Assembly (NCBI GenBank): GCA_028534125.1
Contig: CM052817.1
Location: 39,434,001-39,498,000 of the forward strand
Length of the DNA stretch: 64,000 nucleotides
Direction of reading: 5' to 3'
DNA from: Lama glama
Lineage: Eukaryota
Positions 29,020 to 42,221 of the stretch are shown piece after piece. Below the pieces are notes generated by a model. That model ran no database searches, was not told where the DNA came from, and was given only the letters and a program-made list of their open reading frames with translations. Numbering within the stretch: the first letter of the stretch is position 1; the number at the start of each line of letters is the position of its first letter. Both the position numbers and the translations under genes were made by a program.

Positions 29020-29415
29020 ATATTGTTCTAGTCAGCACAGGCTATGTTAAATTGCAGTAACAACTTAACCCCTGAATCTCAATCCATTCACATAACAAAA
29101 GTTCATTTTTAGCTTACGCTACATGTCCAATGCAGTTTGGTAAAGTGGTTCCATCCCAGAAAGTCACAGTGTCTTTGGCTGAGACTGGCTCTGTCTTCTT
29201 GCAATGCTGCCGTCTCAGCAGGTGGCTTCCAGATTGCTGAGGCAGAAAGTAAGAGAGCTAGTGGGTCATGTGGAGGCTTTTTACTGTGTACATGTCAAGC
29301 TCAGTAACAGTCCATTGGACTGAACCCATTAAAGGCCCCAATCAACTGCAGGGCCCAGCAAGGGAAACCTTCTTCTGTGTGCCCGAGAGGTCTAATAATT
29401 CTGCCATCTAGCTAT
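29020..29415 (-). mobile_element. MaLR LTR (MLT1-type)
   Basis: 'tagtcagcacaggctatg...gcagtaacaac...aatctc...aacaaaagttcattt'. Confidence 0.7.
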
Positions 29416-29599
29416 GGTGTCAATTTCACCCAAACAGTATTTCATAAGAAAAACTCTCATTTCAAGTCTAGTTATAGACTTGAAAAACATCCCCTATGGT
29501 AAAATTTTTTATAGTTTAATTTTTGAAAGCCTTTATTCCTTAACTCATTCTAGATATTGTAAATTCTGATTTGCAATTTGAATGCCTTGAATTTTTGTT

Positions 29600-29820
29600 A
29601 ACTTTTTAATTAAGACATTAACATATAATAAAAGTCATTTATTTCAAGGGCACCGTTGGATGAGTTTTGGTAATTACATATACTCATATAACCACCATCA
29701 CAATCAAGACATAGAATAGTTCCCTTACCCTCTTGCTGCCCCGCTGCAGTCAACACCAACTCCCATCCCACCTCTGACACCAGGTAACAATTCATCCATT
29801 TTCCATCAATGTAATTTTGA
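29600..29820 (-). mobile_element. Old L1 3' end
   Basis: 'gatgagttttggtaattacatatactcatataaccaccatcacaatcaagacatagaatagttcc'. Confidence 0.8.
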
Positions 29821-30253
29821 ATGCTTTGAATTTAACTTGAAAAATTTGTTTCATTATCCAAAAAAAGAAAATTAGAAGTTTTTTGTTAGCTTTTGAAATT
29901 GAGACAAGTTATTTGATAAATATTTTATTCTACTCATCATTCACAGTATTTCCATCATACTGTATAATAGTAGTCCTTTGCATTCAAATAATACAAGATA
30001 TACTGTCCAAAACACTTTCAAAAGGCAACAACCTGGTGACTTATTTACTTAATATGCTTATTGGTTTCCCCAGTGTTATGCAATATTAAATAAAAGTGTT
30101 CCTTCCTCTTTGTATCTACATCACAATCAAAGTTGAGTTGAGAGAAAAAAATAGGAGAAATTAGGGGGAGGTCTTCCAAACTTGCTCTGGAACTTATCGA
30201 ATAACTGCTCTCTATATTGACGACCATAGATAGGGATGTATCAGCACATGTGA

Positions 30254-30287
<34 letters not shown>

Positions 30288-30290
30288 ATA
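30254..30290. repeat. (TG)n microsatellite
   Basis: Direct reading. Confidence 0.95.
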
Positions 30291-31139
30291 TCTGTTGGAG
30301 GATCACTACCGAGAGTCACTACAAATATTCACTGCACTAATGAAAATTCCCTTCCCTCCTCCCTCATCACAGAGCTGTGACAAGGGATCACAGTAAATCC
30401 AGACTTGGAAAATGAGCTGTATCAACCCTCCAGTCAGGGGGAACTGCAACAGGAGGCTGTCAAAGCCCTGGGGGCAAGGTAAGTTACATAACCCTTTCAA
30501 ACTCAATTGTAATTTGCTCTTCTCATCTTCTAGGGAGACAAAAGGTTGTCAGGAAAGGGTTTGCCACAGAGCTTTAGGCATGCACAGCAGTGGCTAGTGT
30601 CTTTATAGGAAGGCACCATAACGACAGTCATAAGGGAAATCGTTGAACCGACACAAGTGCAAAGGGTACAAATAACAATGTCGCTCTATGCTTTTTTGAA
30701 AGGGAGAGAAGGCAGTCTTTGTTCCTAGGGAACCCAGTGAGTTGGAGTAGAGTGCAGATGGCGCTGGTGAAAGAGCAAAGCATGAGAAGCAGGTGTCCCC
30801 ATGCGTCAAGTGCAAGTCGGCGTATAGATATTTGCTAAACAACACTGCATTCTCAACACATTCCATCCTGACTGAAGTATTCATCTTTTCCTTCAATGGA
30901 TCAACAAATATTTTGTGAGTACCTGCTCTCCGCAAGACAAAATATTAGAGTCAAGAGATGAGAGCCATAACCAGAGGTTGAGTTCCCTCACACAACATAT
31001 AATAATATAAATGCTTTGCCTCACCTTCACCCACTCTTTTAGAGTTACCTTTCCACTATAACATTACTCCTAGGCCTTTCTCCTACCTTCACCTTTCCTG
31101 AGAACCTCCACCATAGAATCTATGCACAATGGGTTCTAG

Positions 31140-31345
31140 GCCAGAACTGTCCAAAAGAACTTCACAGAATGATGGAAATGTTCTATTTCTGTGTTGTCTA
31201 ATGGAGTAGTTCCTAGCTATATGTGGCTATCAAGCATCTGAAATGTATCTAGTGAGGCTGAGACACTGAAGTTTTCATTTTAATTTTGATTCATTCAAAT
31301 TTAAATAGTCACAGGTGGCTAGTGGCTACTGCATTGAACATTACT
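31140..31345. mobile_element. MER3-like hAT DNA transposon
   Basis: 'ctgtccaaaagaactt...atgatggaaatgttctatttctgtgttgtc...aaatagtcacaggtggctagtggctactgcattgaaca'. Confidence 0.85.
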
Positions 31346-31481
31346 GTTTTTGACATTTTTAATTTCCTCATCTTGCTTCCACCACAATATTTACCTTTCC
31401 TATTTTCTTCTAAGTAACAAGTTCTTACATTAACTTGATGCATTAAGGAGTGTTTCAATGAAGGATCATAATACCCCCTTA

Positions 31482-31890
31482 GGTACTGAATTGAGTTGGA
31501 TAGCATCCCTCCAAAACTCATGCCCTTCCTGGAATCTCAGACTGTGATCTTATTTGGATAAACAAGGTCACTGATGATGTAATTAGTTAAGATGAGGTTA
31601 TACTGGACTAGGTTGAGCCCTTAATTCAGAATGACTGGTGCCCTCATAATAAGAGGAGAAGACAGGCAGACACAGGGAGAACACCAAAGGTACCCTGTGG
31701 ATTGCTGGCAGCACCAGATGCTAAGAGAAAGGCATGGAACATACTCTCCTCTAGAGCCTTCAGAGAGAGCACAGCACTGCTGACACCTCGATCTCAGACT
31801 CCCAGCCTTCAGACAGTGAGGGAAGGCATTTTTGTTGTGTTAAGCCACCCAATCTGTGGTAATGTTACAGAAGCCGTAGGAAATTACACA
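31482..31890 (+). mobile_element. MaLR LTR (MLT1B/C/D-like)
   Basis: 'gatgtaattagttaagatgaggttatactgga...ctagagccttcagagagagcacagcactgctgacacct...taagccacccaatctgtggtaat'. Confidence 0.88.
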
Positions 31891-34800
31891 GGAACTTAAA
31901 CTGGCTTCACCTATGTCTTCACCATTGTGTCATTTAATAAAGCCTTCATGATATTAAATTTGACACCAAAATTATTAATGTTGAACAGTGTAAGATCCAC
32001 AGTAGAGTAACTAGCAATCAGGATGTTTAAGGATAGTAAAGGACAAGATGGTGCCTTGATGAAGTGGGATCTTCCCATTTCTTCCCAGCTAGATTTTCTC
32101 CCAAACCAGACTTTACTTCAGAAGACTGTATTGCAGACTGAGACATCTTTGTGAATCAAAGATGTGAATCAAGTCTTAGAAGGAAGCCTGGCTTCTGTCT
32201 GCAGCCCATTACTGACCTAAGGCCTCGATGATCACATTAAGAAAATAAAGCATTATTCATCCAGAGAAAAAGCATGACAAGTAATGATGTATTATTCCTA
32301 AAATGTAACATTCCTAAAACATCTTTCTGAAAACTCATGGGAATTCATACACACATGTATGTGTATAATATGTGTACCTTTACAAGGACAAGTGTGCATA
32401 TAAATGTGGATGTGTGTGAGTGTCTATTGTATGTGTACATCATGTAAATAAAATCTATGTTCCCTAAATGATTGAGTGCTTTCTCAGGGAAGCTGGAATC
32501 CCATCAATAATTTCCAAAGAGTGACCCTGGATCTGCCTCTCAAGGAGATGGTCTTTAATAAGTTTAGTTTATACTAAAGTCAACCTTGAGGGCACCATCA
32601 AGATGAACTACAATCGACCTGAAGAGCAGTCAAAGGCCTCAACACCCACAGTTCTGCACCCACCCCTACCCCTGATGAGGAGACCAAGAATTTAGAGCAA
32701 ACCTGTATTCAACATACCACAGTCCACACCTCTCCTATGCAACTTTGGGTTGTTTCCATAAACATGCTTTGCTGCCATAGTATTCAGTCTAATATGTCTG
32801 TTTTGAGGGTTTTAAACATGCAGGAATGTGAAATATTTTATGGACAGGTTTTTTACCTCAGAGAGATCTCAGCAACTATGGTCTGGCCCTCAGGGTTCAC
32901 CTGAGCAAACAGACCCAGGGAGGGAAACCACAGGGATTTGTCAGAACCTGATAGGTAAGTCAGTGAAGCCTCTGGAGACCTCTCCCTCAGTGGGCTGCAC
33001 TTGGAATAAAGAAACAGCTGTTTTTATTAGTACAGGTCCACCGAGAGAGTCAGAATGAGAGGCTTTTCCTGTGGCAGGAAAGACCTCATTAGACCATAAT
33101 TGATGGGATCCAAGAAAGGTTGCAGAGAATGCCCCCTGCATCTCAGAGAGGTTCAAGGCTCCCCATAAATTTCACCGATGACATTGATCCCAGTCCTGGA
33201 AAAACCTCTGTGGGAACTGCATCGTTAGGCTTCAGTGGATTCCTACTCTTTTCCAGAAAGCTATATATCAGCTATAAATTGTTATTGATAAATGTTGGAA
33301 CCCAGTTCTGGTGTTTTCAGAGCTTCTGCAGCCTGAAAGCACCCCACGTGTGGTAGGGATGCAAGAAGGACGCAGACAACCTGACAGGTCTGTTCACATC
33401 CCCCGGGAGCTCGGCAAGCAGTGGGGTTTCCAGCCTCACACAAGAAAGGACAGCATTCACACAACCGAGGGACATTTGCCCCAAGCAGCACTTTCACGTC
33501 AGCCCTCTGATAGCTGTCAGCGTGTTCTACGAGGGGGCTTGGGCTGGTACTCATCTGCTTTGGGTGACTTTCAGAGGTTTAGGAGTTTCAGAACCCAGTC
33601 ATTTGCTCTTATCAGAGCCCTATTGCTGATCTGCCTCTGGCCTGAAAAGAGATTTGCAAGAAAGCAATTGTACTGCAGGCTGAGAAATACCCACAATTTG
33701 TAGCTGAAGGTGCAGAGCATTGATGAAGATGAAGAAAGTGAATATGGAGTAGAAAATTTTATTTCCAAGAATGCCTGATTTTTATTCAGAAGACATTGTC
33801 TATTGATTCTGTATAAAGTCAGGGCAACTTTTCTTTTATTGTGTGTGACTAAGATATATAAGGCTCTTTTAGTGCGTGTTTTAGAACTATGATTGCACAG
33901 TTCAAACGAGAACCGATACACTCCCAATAGGTGGACCTCAATGCCACACAGAGGGCAGTGGAAGATCTGCTCGTGTGTGATGTATTTATTTAGCAGGACT
34001 CTGGTCAACATTCTGCTCTAATAGCTTTTCTTTACCTACAGAGTAAATAAAGAAAACATTCTGCTCTGATAGCTTTTTCTTTTACCTACCAAACTTTTGC
34101 TCCTCCAACTACTCTGATTTTAATAGGCTAGAAAACATTTTCAAAATGGTTGTGATTTGGACATTTGGCCTATGAGATCCTATTTTCCAGTAAATACACC
34201 CTTATCTCTTATATCCACATGAGGGAAACATTTCAAAAAATCAGAAACATTCAGAAATTTGAGATTTTCATTATTTAGATTTGTGTATCACTCTTTCCTA
34301 AAACCTTTAAACTTCTCTCAATGAAAATGTAAATCAGAGATTAGGAAATGATGAGATCATGTAACATACCCACAGCTAGGCTATTTTAGTGCTTAAAATG
34401 GAATAAGATGCACAAACCAATATATTCCAAAGTGTATTAAAGTGCATTTGTTTTTAAAAATGTACCTTTCTATTGGGTAGAATCTTATGCATAGTAATAT
34501 AAATAGCAACAGAAGGAATTTGGGATTTCCTTCTTGCTGGGGAAAATACTAGTAATCATCATTCTGTTCCTTAAAATATGTGATTGTTCTGAACTTAAAA
34601 CTTGATTTCCAGAATGCTTTAATATATCATACAGCGTACTATTACTCGTAGCTTGACATTTCAAAAAGTAGTAGATAGAGTACCTAAGATCTTTTTTAAA
34701 AGCATCTCAATTATTTATTAAGATTAATGGAGATGCATGTACAGCTTAAGAACAAAATTGCAATTACTTATTATATTTAAATTTATGATTGCACCGAATT

Positions 34801-34924
34801 TGAAGGCTGAATAATCACAAGCTAAGGACCACAACTTAAAAGTGTAGGGCATATTGTATTAACAGTTGATCATATAAATAATTAGGGAACAGCATAAGTA
34901 GTGGTTGAGCTCAAGAACTTACAA

Positions 34925-35095
34925 AGGTACCCAGATTCAAGCCCTTGTCCTGCCACCTCAGAACAGAATCTCAGTTTCCTACTCCATAAAATGGGCATAA
35001 CAATTCCTGTGGGTTGTTTTGTGTGTGAGAGAATCAAATAAAAATAATCCACGTAATCACAATATATGCACATAGTAAATACTTAGTATTTGGTG
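34925..35095 (+). mobile_element. MIR SINE
   Basis: 'ctcagtttcctactccataaaatgggcataacaat...gcacatagtaaatact'. Confidence 0.75.
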
Positions 35096-35218
35096 GCTCT
35101 TCTTTTTAGTAACATTCATGATAAAAGCAAAACATAGAAAGAGTGTCTCTAGACATGCAAATTAAACCAACTTGAGGGACTGGTGGGTGATAAATAAATA
35201 ATGTATTCTGAATTAGTG

Positions 35219-35750
35219 GACAAGGAAACAGCCTAAATGTCCATTGACAGATGACTGGATAAAGAATCTGTAGTATATTTATGCAACGGAATACTACTCA
35301 TCCATAAAAAAGAATAAAATAATGCCATTAGCAGCAACATGGATGGACCTGGAGAATGTCATTCTAAGTGAAATAAGCCAGAAAGAGAAAGAAAAATACC
35401 ATATATAACTCATATGTGGAATATGAAAGAAAAAAGAGACAAAGGAACTTATTTACAAAACAGAAGCAGACTCAGAGACATAGAAAACAAACTTATGGTT
35501 ACAGTGGGGAAGGAGTGGGAAGGGATAAATTGGGAGTTCGAGATTTGCAGATACTACTATATATAAAATAGATAAACAACAAGTTTATACTGTATAGCAC
35601 AGGGAATTATATTCAATATCTTGTAGTAACTTATGGTGAAAAACAATATGAAAACGAATATATGCATGTTTATGAACGACTGAAGTACTGTGCTGTACAT
35701 CAGAAACTGACATAACATTGTAAACTGACTATACTTCAATAAAAATATAT
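35219..35750 (+). mobile_element. 5'-truncated lineage-specific L1 3' end
   Basis: 'cctaaatgtccattgacagatgactggataaag...gcaacatggatggacctggag...gtaaactgactatacttcaataaaaa'. Confidence 0.93.
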
Positions 35751-37575
35751 AATTTTTTAAAAATCTTAGCTAAAAATGTTCACTGATTTTCAAATAGGAG
35801 TCATTTTGATAAAGAAAGTTCCAAGCAACCTTATGGCTCTTACCTAGCCTTAGAAATTGTTTATGCAAAGATTACCAATTACCTCCAGAGGACAACCCAG
35901 TGGACCTTTATAATCTTGATGCTGCCTGACTGTGATGTGGCGTTTACTACACTATTTCTACAACACTGCTACTTGCTCCAGCTCTGCTTGTCTCAGTCTT
36001 CTAGTAATCCCCTATCCTTATTATTTCTCAGGATTTTGCTTTCTGCCTGCATTTTATTATTAATACTCCCCCAGGGAAATCTTAACTGTGCCAATCACTC
36101 TGACTTACGTCTATATCATGAGAAATCCTGAATACATAACTCCTGTTCCTAAACCCCAAATTCACATTCCTAATTTTCTTTGGATCTCTATATCTAGCAC
36201 ACTGGCACTAAGCGAAAGAAAGTTTCCTCCCATTATAGTTAATGGTGAGTTTTTACTGAGTATATTGTTATGGAATTATCATACTTCGAGGAAAGAGGGT
36301 CAACACCACAGTCCTAACAATCAGCCATCAGTAAAGCAGTCTCTCAGATAAGAAACCAGGACTCCAAAGGAAGAGTCAATTTGAAATTTTCTCTGATCCT
36401 TGAACCAAAAAAAAAAGAAAAGGGCAATATTACCAAGAACCAGTTCTGAAGTGGCAGAAATCACAACAGGGTCCACCAGGCGAAAATAACTTAGCAGCTG
36501 GAAAGGCAAGATATCAGGAAAAATTTCAGAGAGGGTGCACTTGACTTCTATGACTGTGCCTGTCCTAGAAAACAAGATATATATTGAGGCAAAAATCTAA
36601 GACTTGGGAACAAGTTAGCTAGAATGGAGTCAAAAACCCATTCTTTTTAGTATCAATTCATAAATTCTCTTTTTTTTTTCCAGGCAAAGTAGAAGCAATA
36701 TATTTTGCAGCATTTTTTCCTTCCAACCAATGACTTGTCAATTCTCCCACCTCCTGTTAAACACGTAAATGAAGCAGCCTCCAAAATTTAACTTTTACAC
36801 TTAAGACTCAGTATCTGTCATACTCACACTCTACATTAAGGTTACAAACAACACATGTCCCTCGTATTAAATATCTGAATGAAAAGTTTCCTCCTCATCG
36901 TGTGAACAAACCTTTGCATCTGTTAAAATCTGGTTCTGAGCTACACATAACATATACAGTAACTCAACTCTGAGTGAATCCATTGATATATTCAGTACGT
37001 TAACAAATTAAAATGTACCCAATTTTACCCATATTTCATTTTTACATGTATTTCAAAATGGGCCTTCCCTACCTTCTTCTTAGGTAGGAAAGTAATTAAA
37101 GGTTAATTGGACACCTATAGAACTTTAGTCAACTACTTAAATGAGAAAAATAGCTCTAATTTTTAAGATTTCTAATGGCTACAGTGTGGTTTCAGTCGGA
37201 CCAAATTCAGGCAAGACAGCCTCAATTCATGCTGACACGTGGAAACCACAGAGATAATGATTAATCTAACAAAAGGGCAAGTTTGGCGGCTTCGTGTTAC
37301 CGAGAAGCCATTCTAAGCACTACTTCTCTGTGGCAGCATTGTGACTGTGCCCTCCACCGCCTACAAACATCCTTTGAGGGGTGGAAGATCATCAGCTGTG
37401 GTGCATCCAATTGACTCCATCTTTGACATCTTTAAAGCTTGGAATACTTGAAACAGCAGGTGAACACCAACATCTTCCTAGAATACCAACTTTACATTAA
37501 ACATGTAACATTAAACAAAAAGCAAATGCACAAAAGTTTATATTCATTTTTAACAATGAGACATCCCTCAAGTCC

Positions 37576-38075
37576 NNNNNNNNNNNNNNNNNNNNNNNNN
37601 NNNNNNNNNNNNNNNNNNNNNNNNNNNNNNNNNNNNNNNNNNNNNNNNNNNNNNNNNNNNNNNNNNNNNNNNNNNNNNNNNNNNNNNNNNNNNNNNNNNN
37701 NNNNNNNNNNNNNNNNNNNNNNNNNNNNNNNNNNNNNNNNNNNNNNNNNNNNNNNNNNNNNNNNNNNNNNNNNNNNNNNNNNNNNNNNNNNNNNNNNNNN
37801 NNNNNNNNNNNNNNNNNNNNNNNNNNNNNNNNNNNNNNNNNNNNNNNNNNNNNNNNNNNNNNNNNNNNNNNNNNNNNNNNNNNNNNNNNNNNNNNNNNNN
37901 NNNNNNNNNNNNNNNNNNNNNNNNNNNNNNNNNNNNNNNNNNNNNNNNNNNNNNNNNNNNNNNNNNNNNNNNNNNNNNNNNNNNNNNNNNNNNNNNNNNN
38001 NNNNNNNNNNNNNNNNNNNNNNNNNNNNNNNNNNNNNNNNNNNNNNNNNNNNNNNNNNNNNNNNNNNNNNNNNNN
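37576..38075. other. Assembly gap (500 N)
   Basis: Run of N inside the RAN retrocopy. Confidence 1.
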
Positions 38076-38758
<683 letters not shown>

Positions 38759-41274
38759 TTAGTATTTAGTGACCTTAATTTTGAAAACCAAGACTTTCTC
38801 ATCTTGGCTAGAGGTCACCAAGTCTAAGGGTCTGTTCATGCTTGGGTAGTAGATTTTACAGGGGCCGTTGGCCCAGAGGTGGCCAAGGGGTTCCACATAA
38901 GGAAACCTCATGAGAAGGTCCAGTCCATGAGAAGGTAAAACTGAGGGTCAGGTCAGGGCCAAGTGGTAAGGAGCCCCTGTGCCTGAAATTCTTCTTCCGG
39001 TTCTCATATCTGCTAAAGACAGGAAGGGTTCTGTGTTTGAGTTTCATTAAGGGGCCTGCTCCTCTACATCTAACAGTCAACAAATCCAAAAGGGAACTGA
39101 CTTATTGCTGCTGGTTATCAATTGCCATCCCTAAAATGTGCGTTTTATGTCTCTGTTAATGCTGTTATGCAACTTCTCTGAATTTGTCTCCTCACTTGTA
39201 AACGTGCAGTGCCAAGACTTGACCTAAGTACCTCTCAGGGTTTCCCCTACACAGATTAGGCCTTAATCTGCACTCTTTTAACCATGTCACTCCACTGTTT
39301 TCAAAAATAAAAAACAATCTGAGTCAAATATCTATTTTTTATTAGGTTTTTCAAGGGTCCTTAAGAGTATTCCAGCTCTGTCCACTCTCTCCTACAATTA
39401 TATAACACTGAGCAGTCATTATTTTCATTCTCTTTGCATGCATTCTATTCTGGGTTTCTATCTAACTGTCATAAATTTGTGAAACAGAAAAACACATCCC
39501 TGCCTGCCTTTAAATACAATTTCCTGTTTACATAGCTTTGACAAATTCATGCTGATTGACTCCTGTCTTTTTTTAAGGCCAAGTGCTCAATTATAAAGTA
39601 TTTTTACAGGGGTCCATCTTACCTTTTATACATCATCAACCATCTTCTTATTCATTCAAAATAAATTTAAAATTCCATACATCTCAGCATTTGTACCTTC
39701 ATCCATCACATGGATCTAAGATATATCCTAACTCTTTAATAAATTGCTAAAAAGAAAATTAGCTAGGATTAGTGAGAGTCATTGCATGGGCTCTAGAAAA
39801 GGGGAGACAGTCTAAAATCTTAAACACTACAAAGCATTATCTTGCTGAGATTATGGCTAAATCACCCTTTGTATCTGTGCTCAAAATCTCATGTAAAACA
39901 TATAAGAAAATCAACTCTCTTCAATGAGTGCATAATATAATTTACTTATTAAAAGAGTACTCAGCAAGTAGAGGAAGTTTCCTTTCCTTCAGAACCTTTT
40001 AACCTACGCTGTGCCCGGAATACACAGACACACACACAAACAGTATTGATTTCCAGAATTTCTCCATGGAATGCCAAAAATAATAAACAAAAAATAAATC
40101 AAAAGCAACAGCCTCCTTCCATTATGTATTAAATATCTTCCCCATGAAGTTAGGACAAATAGAGATGTATATAGAGAGCAATGGAAACATAAATCTATTG
40201 TCGTAGTAATCGATTTCTGCCTTGTTCCTTTATTTCTAGTAAATAATGATCTTCAGGTCTTTCATGGTGGCACTGTAGCCAAAGTCAGCCTCAAGATCCC
40301 TGGAAGTGTTTCATCTTTGATAAAACTAGTGATGCTGCTTTCTCTCCAAAATCATTACACTCACCATTTCCTGTTGTAGAGTAGAAACAACACTTAGTAG
40401 AATGAGAAGAAATTTAAAAGGATATTCACTTTAAGAGCTTTCTGGCCAGCCATGTATATGGTTAATGAAACATTGTATATTGTTCTATGGCAAATAAGAA
40501 AGAGAAGTTCTCTAGAAAATGTGGCCCTGGCATATTACCATTAAACTGAAAATGAAGATAAAATATTGATGTTGATTACTAGAAAAATCATGAAAAGTCT
40601 TAAATATTAAGTAGATCTGATTAGACCTGAAGCTCAGCCAAACTGAGAAGTCTCAGCTAATGAGATAAAAAAGAAAAATAATTTAACTTACCTAGATATG
40701 TGAATTCAGTAAGCAAAGACCACTACTGCAGTTTTATACAGACCTTCATGTTCCTTCGCATTGCTCATTTCTCAGCAAAATTCATGGCATGATGCATGAT
40801 CAAGTCAGATCATTAGATTTTAGGATATACAGGAAGACGTCAATTTATTTATAAGATAAACAATTGAGGTTGAATTCTGAATCTGGCACTTAATTATCTA
40901 TATGCCTTGAGAAAAAAATCATGTAACCTTTTTATATAATGAGGTTGCATAGAGATATAGATGGAAAGTAATAGATAACTGTCAAGCTTCTATTTAAAGC
41001 ATGTGGTTTGTGTATTCTAGTTTGAAACCAAGATGCTTTCTGGAGCGAGGGAGAAGGGATTCCAAGAGGGACAGAGAAAAAGTAACATGGGGCAAATATA
41101 AATCCTGTAACGTGAGCCTTTCTCTTTATTTTAGTACTAGCAGCAGCAGCATTAGTAGTAGTAGGTGGTGGTGGTAGTGGTGATGGTGGTGTTATTTCCA
41201 AAGGCAAAACTCACATAAGGTTGGCACTCATGGTCTCAGTGGCCTAGTCACTAAAGCTCATATATATCTATCTT

Positions 41275-42221
41275 TTTGTGTATATATATTTTTTTTTTAA
41301 TTGAAGTATAGTCAGTTTACAATGTGTCAACTGCTGGTGTACAGCGTAATGCTTCAGTCATGCATGAATATACATATACTTGTTTTCATATTCTTTTTCA
41401 CCATAAGTTACTATAAGATATTGAATATAGTTTCTCATGCTATATAGTATGAACTTGTTGTTTATCTATTTTATATATAGTGGTTAGTGTCTGTAAATCT
41501 GGAATTCCCAATTTATCCCTTCCACCCCCTTCTCCTCCTGGTAATCATAAGTTTGTTTTCTATGTCTGTGAGTCTGTTTCTGTTTTATAAATAAGTTTGT
41601 TTGTCTTTTTTTTTAAAATTCCATATATAAGTGATATCATACGGTATTTTTCTTTCTCTTTCTGGCTTACTTCACTTAGAATGATGATCTCCAGGTCCAC
41701 CTATGTTGCTGCAAATGACATTATTTTATTATTTTTATGGCTGAGTAGTATTCCATTGTATAAATATACCACAACTTCTTTACCCAGTCATCTGTCAATG
41801 GACATTTAGGTTGTTTCCTTGTCTTGGTTATTGTAAATAGTGCTGCTATGAACATTGGGGTGCATGTACCTTTTTGAATTAAGGTTCCCTCTGGATATAC
41901 GCCCAGGTATGGGATTGCTGGGTCATAGGTTAAGTCTATTTTTAGGAGTAAAGACAGTCTCTTCAGCAAATGGTGTTGGGAAAACTGGACTGGAAAGCTG
42001 TATGTAAATTAATGAAGTTAGAATACTCCCTCACACCATTTATAAAAATAAATTTAAAATGGCTTAAAGATTTAAACAATAAGATGACACTATAAATCTC
42101 TTAGAAGAATCATAGGCAAAACATTTTCTGATATAAATCACAGCTATGTTCTCCTAGGGCAGTCTAACCAAGCAATAGAAGTAAGAGCAAAAATTAACAA
42201 ATGGGACCTAATTAAACCTAC
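41275..42221 (-). mobile_element. L1 insertion with 5' inversion (minus 3' part 41275-~41945; inverted plus-strand ORF2 part ~41946-42221)
   Basis: Minus frame LKIDLTYDPAIP...CTPMFIAALFTI; plus frame KDSLFSKWCWENW...WDLIK. TSD ATATCTATCTT at 41264-41274 and 42222-42232. Confidence 0.92.

Noticed and set aside
32828..34011. Cluster of overlapping ORFs on both strands (76-146 aa)
   Set aside because: Explained by locally higher GC content; no protein similarity recognised.
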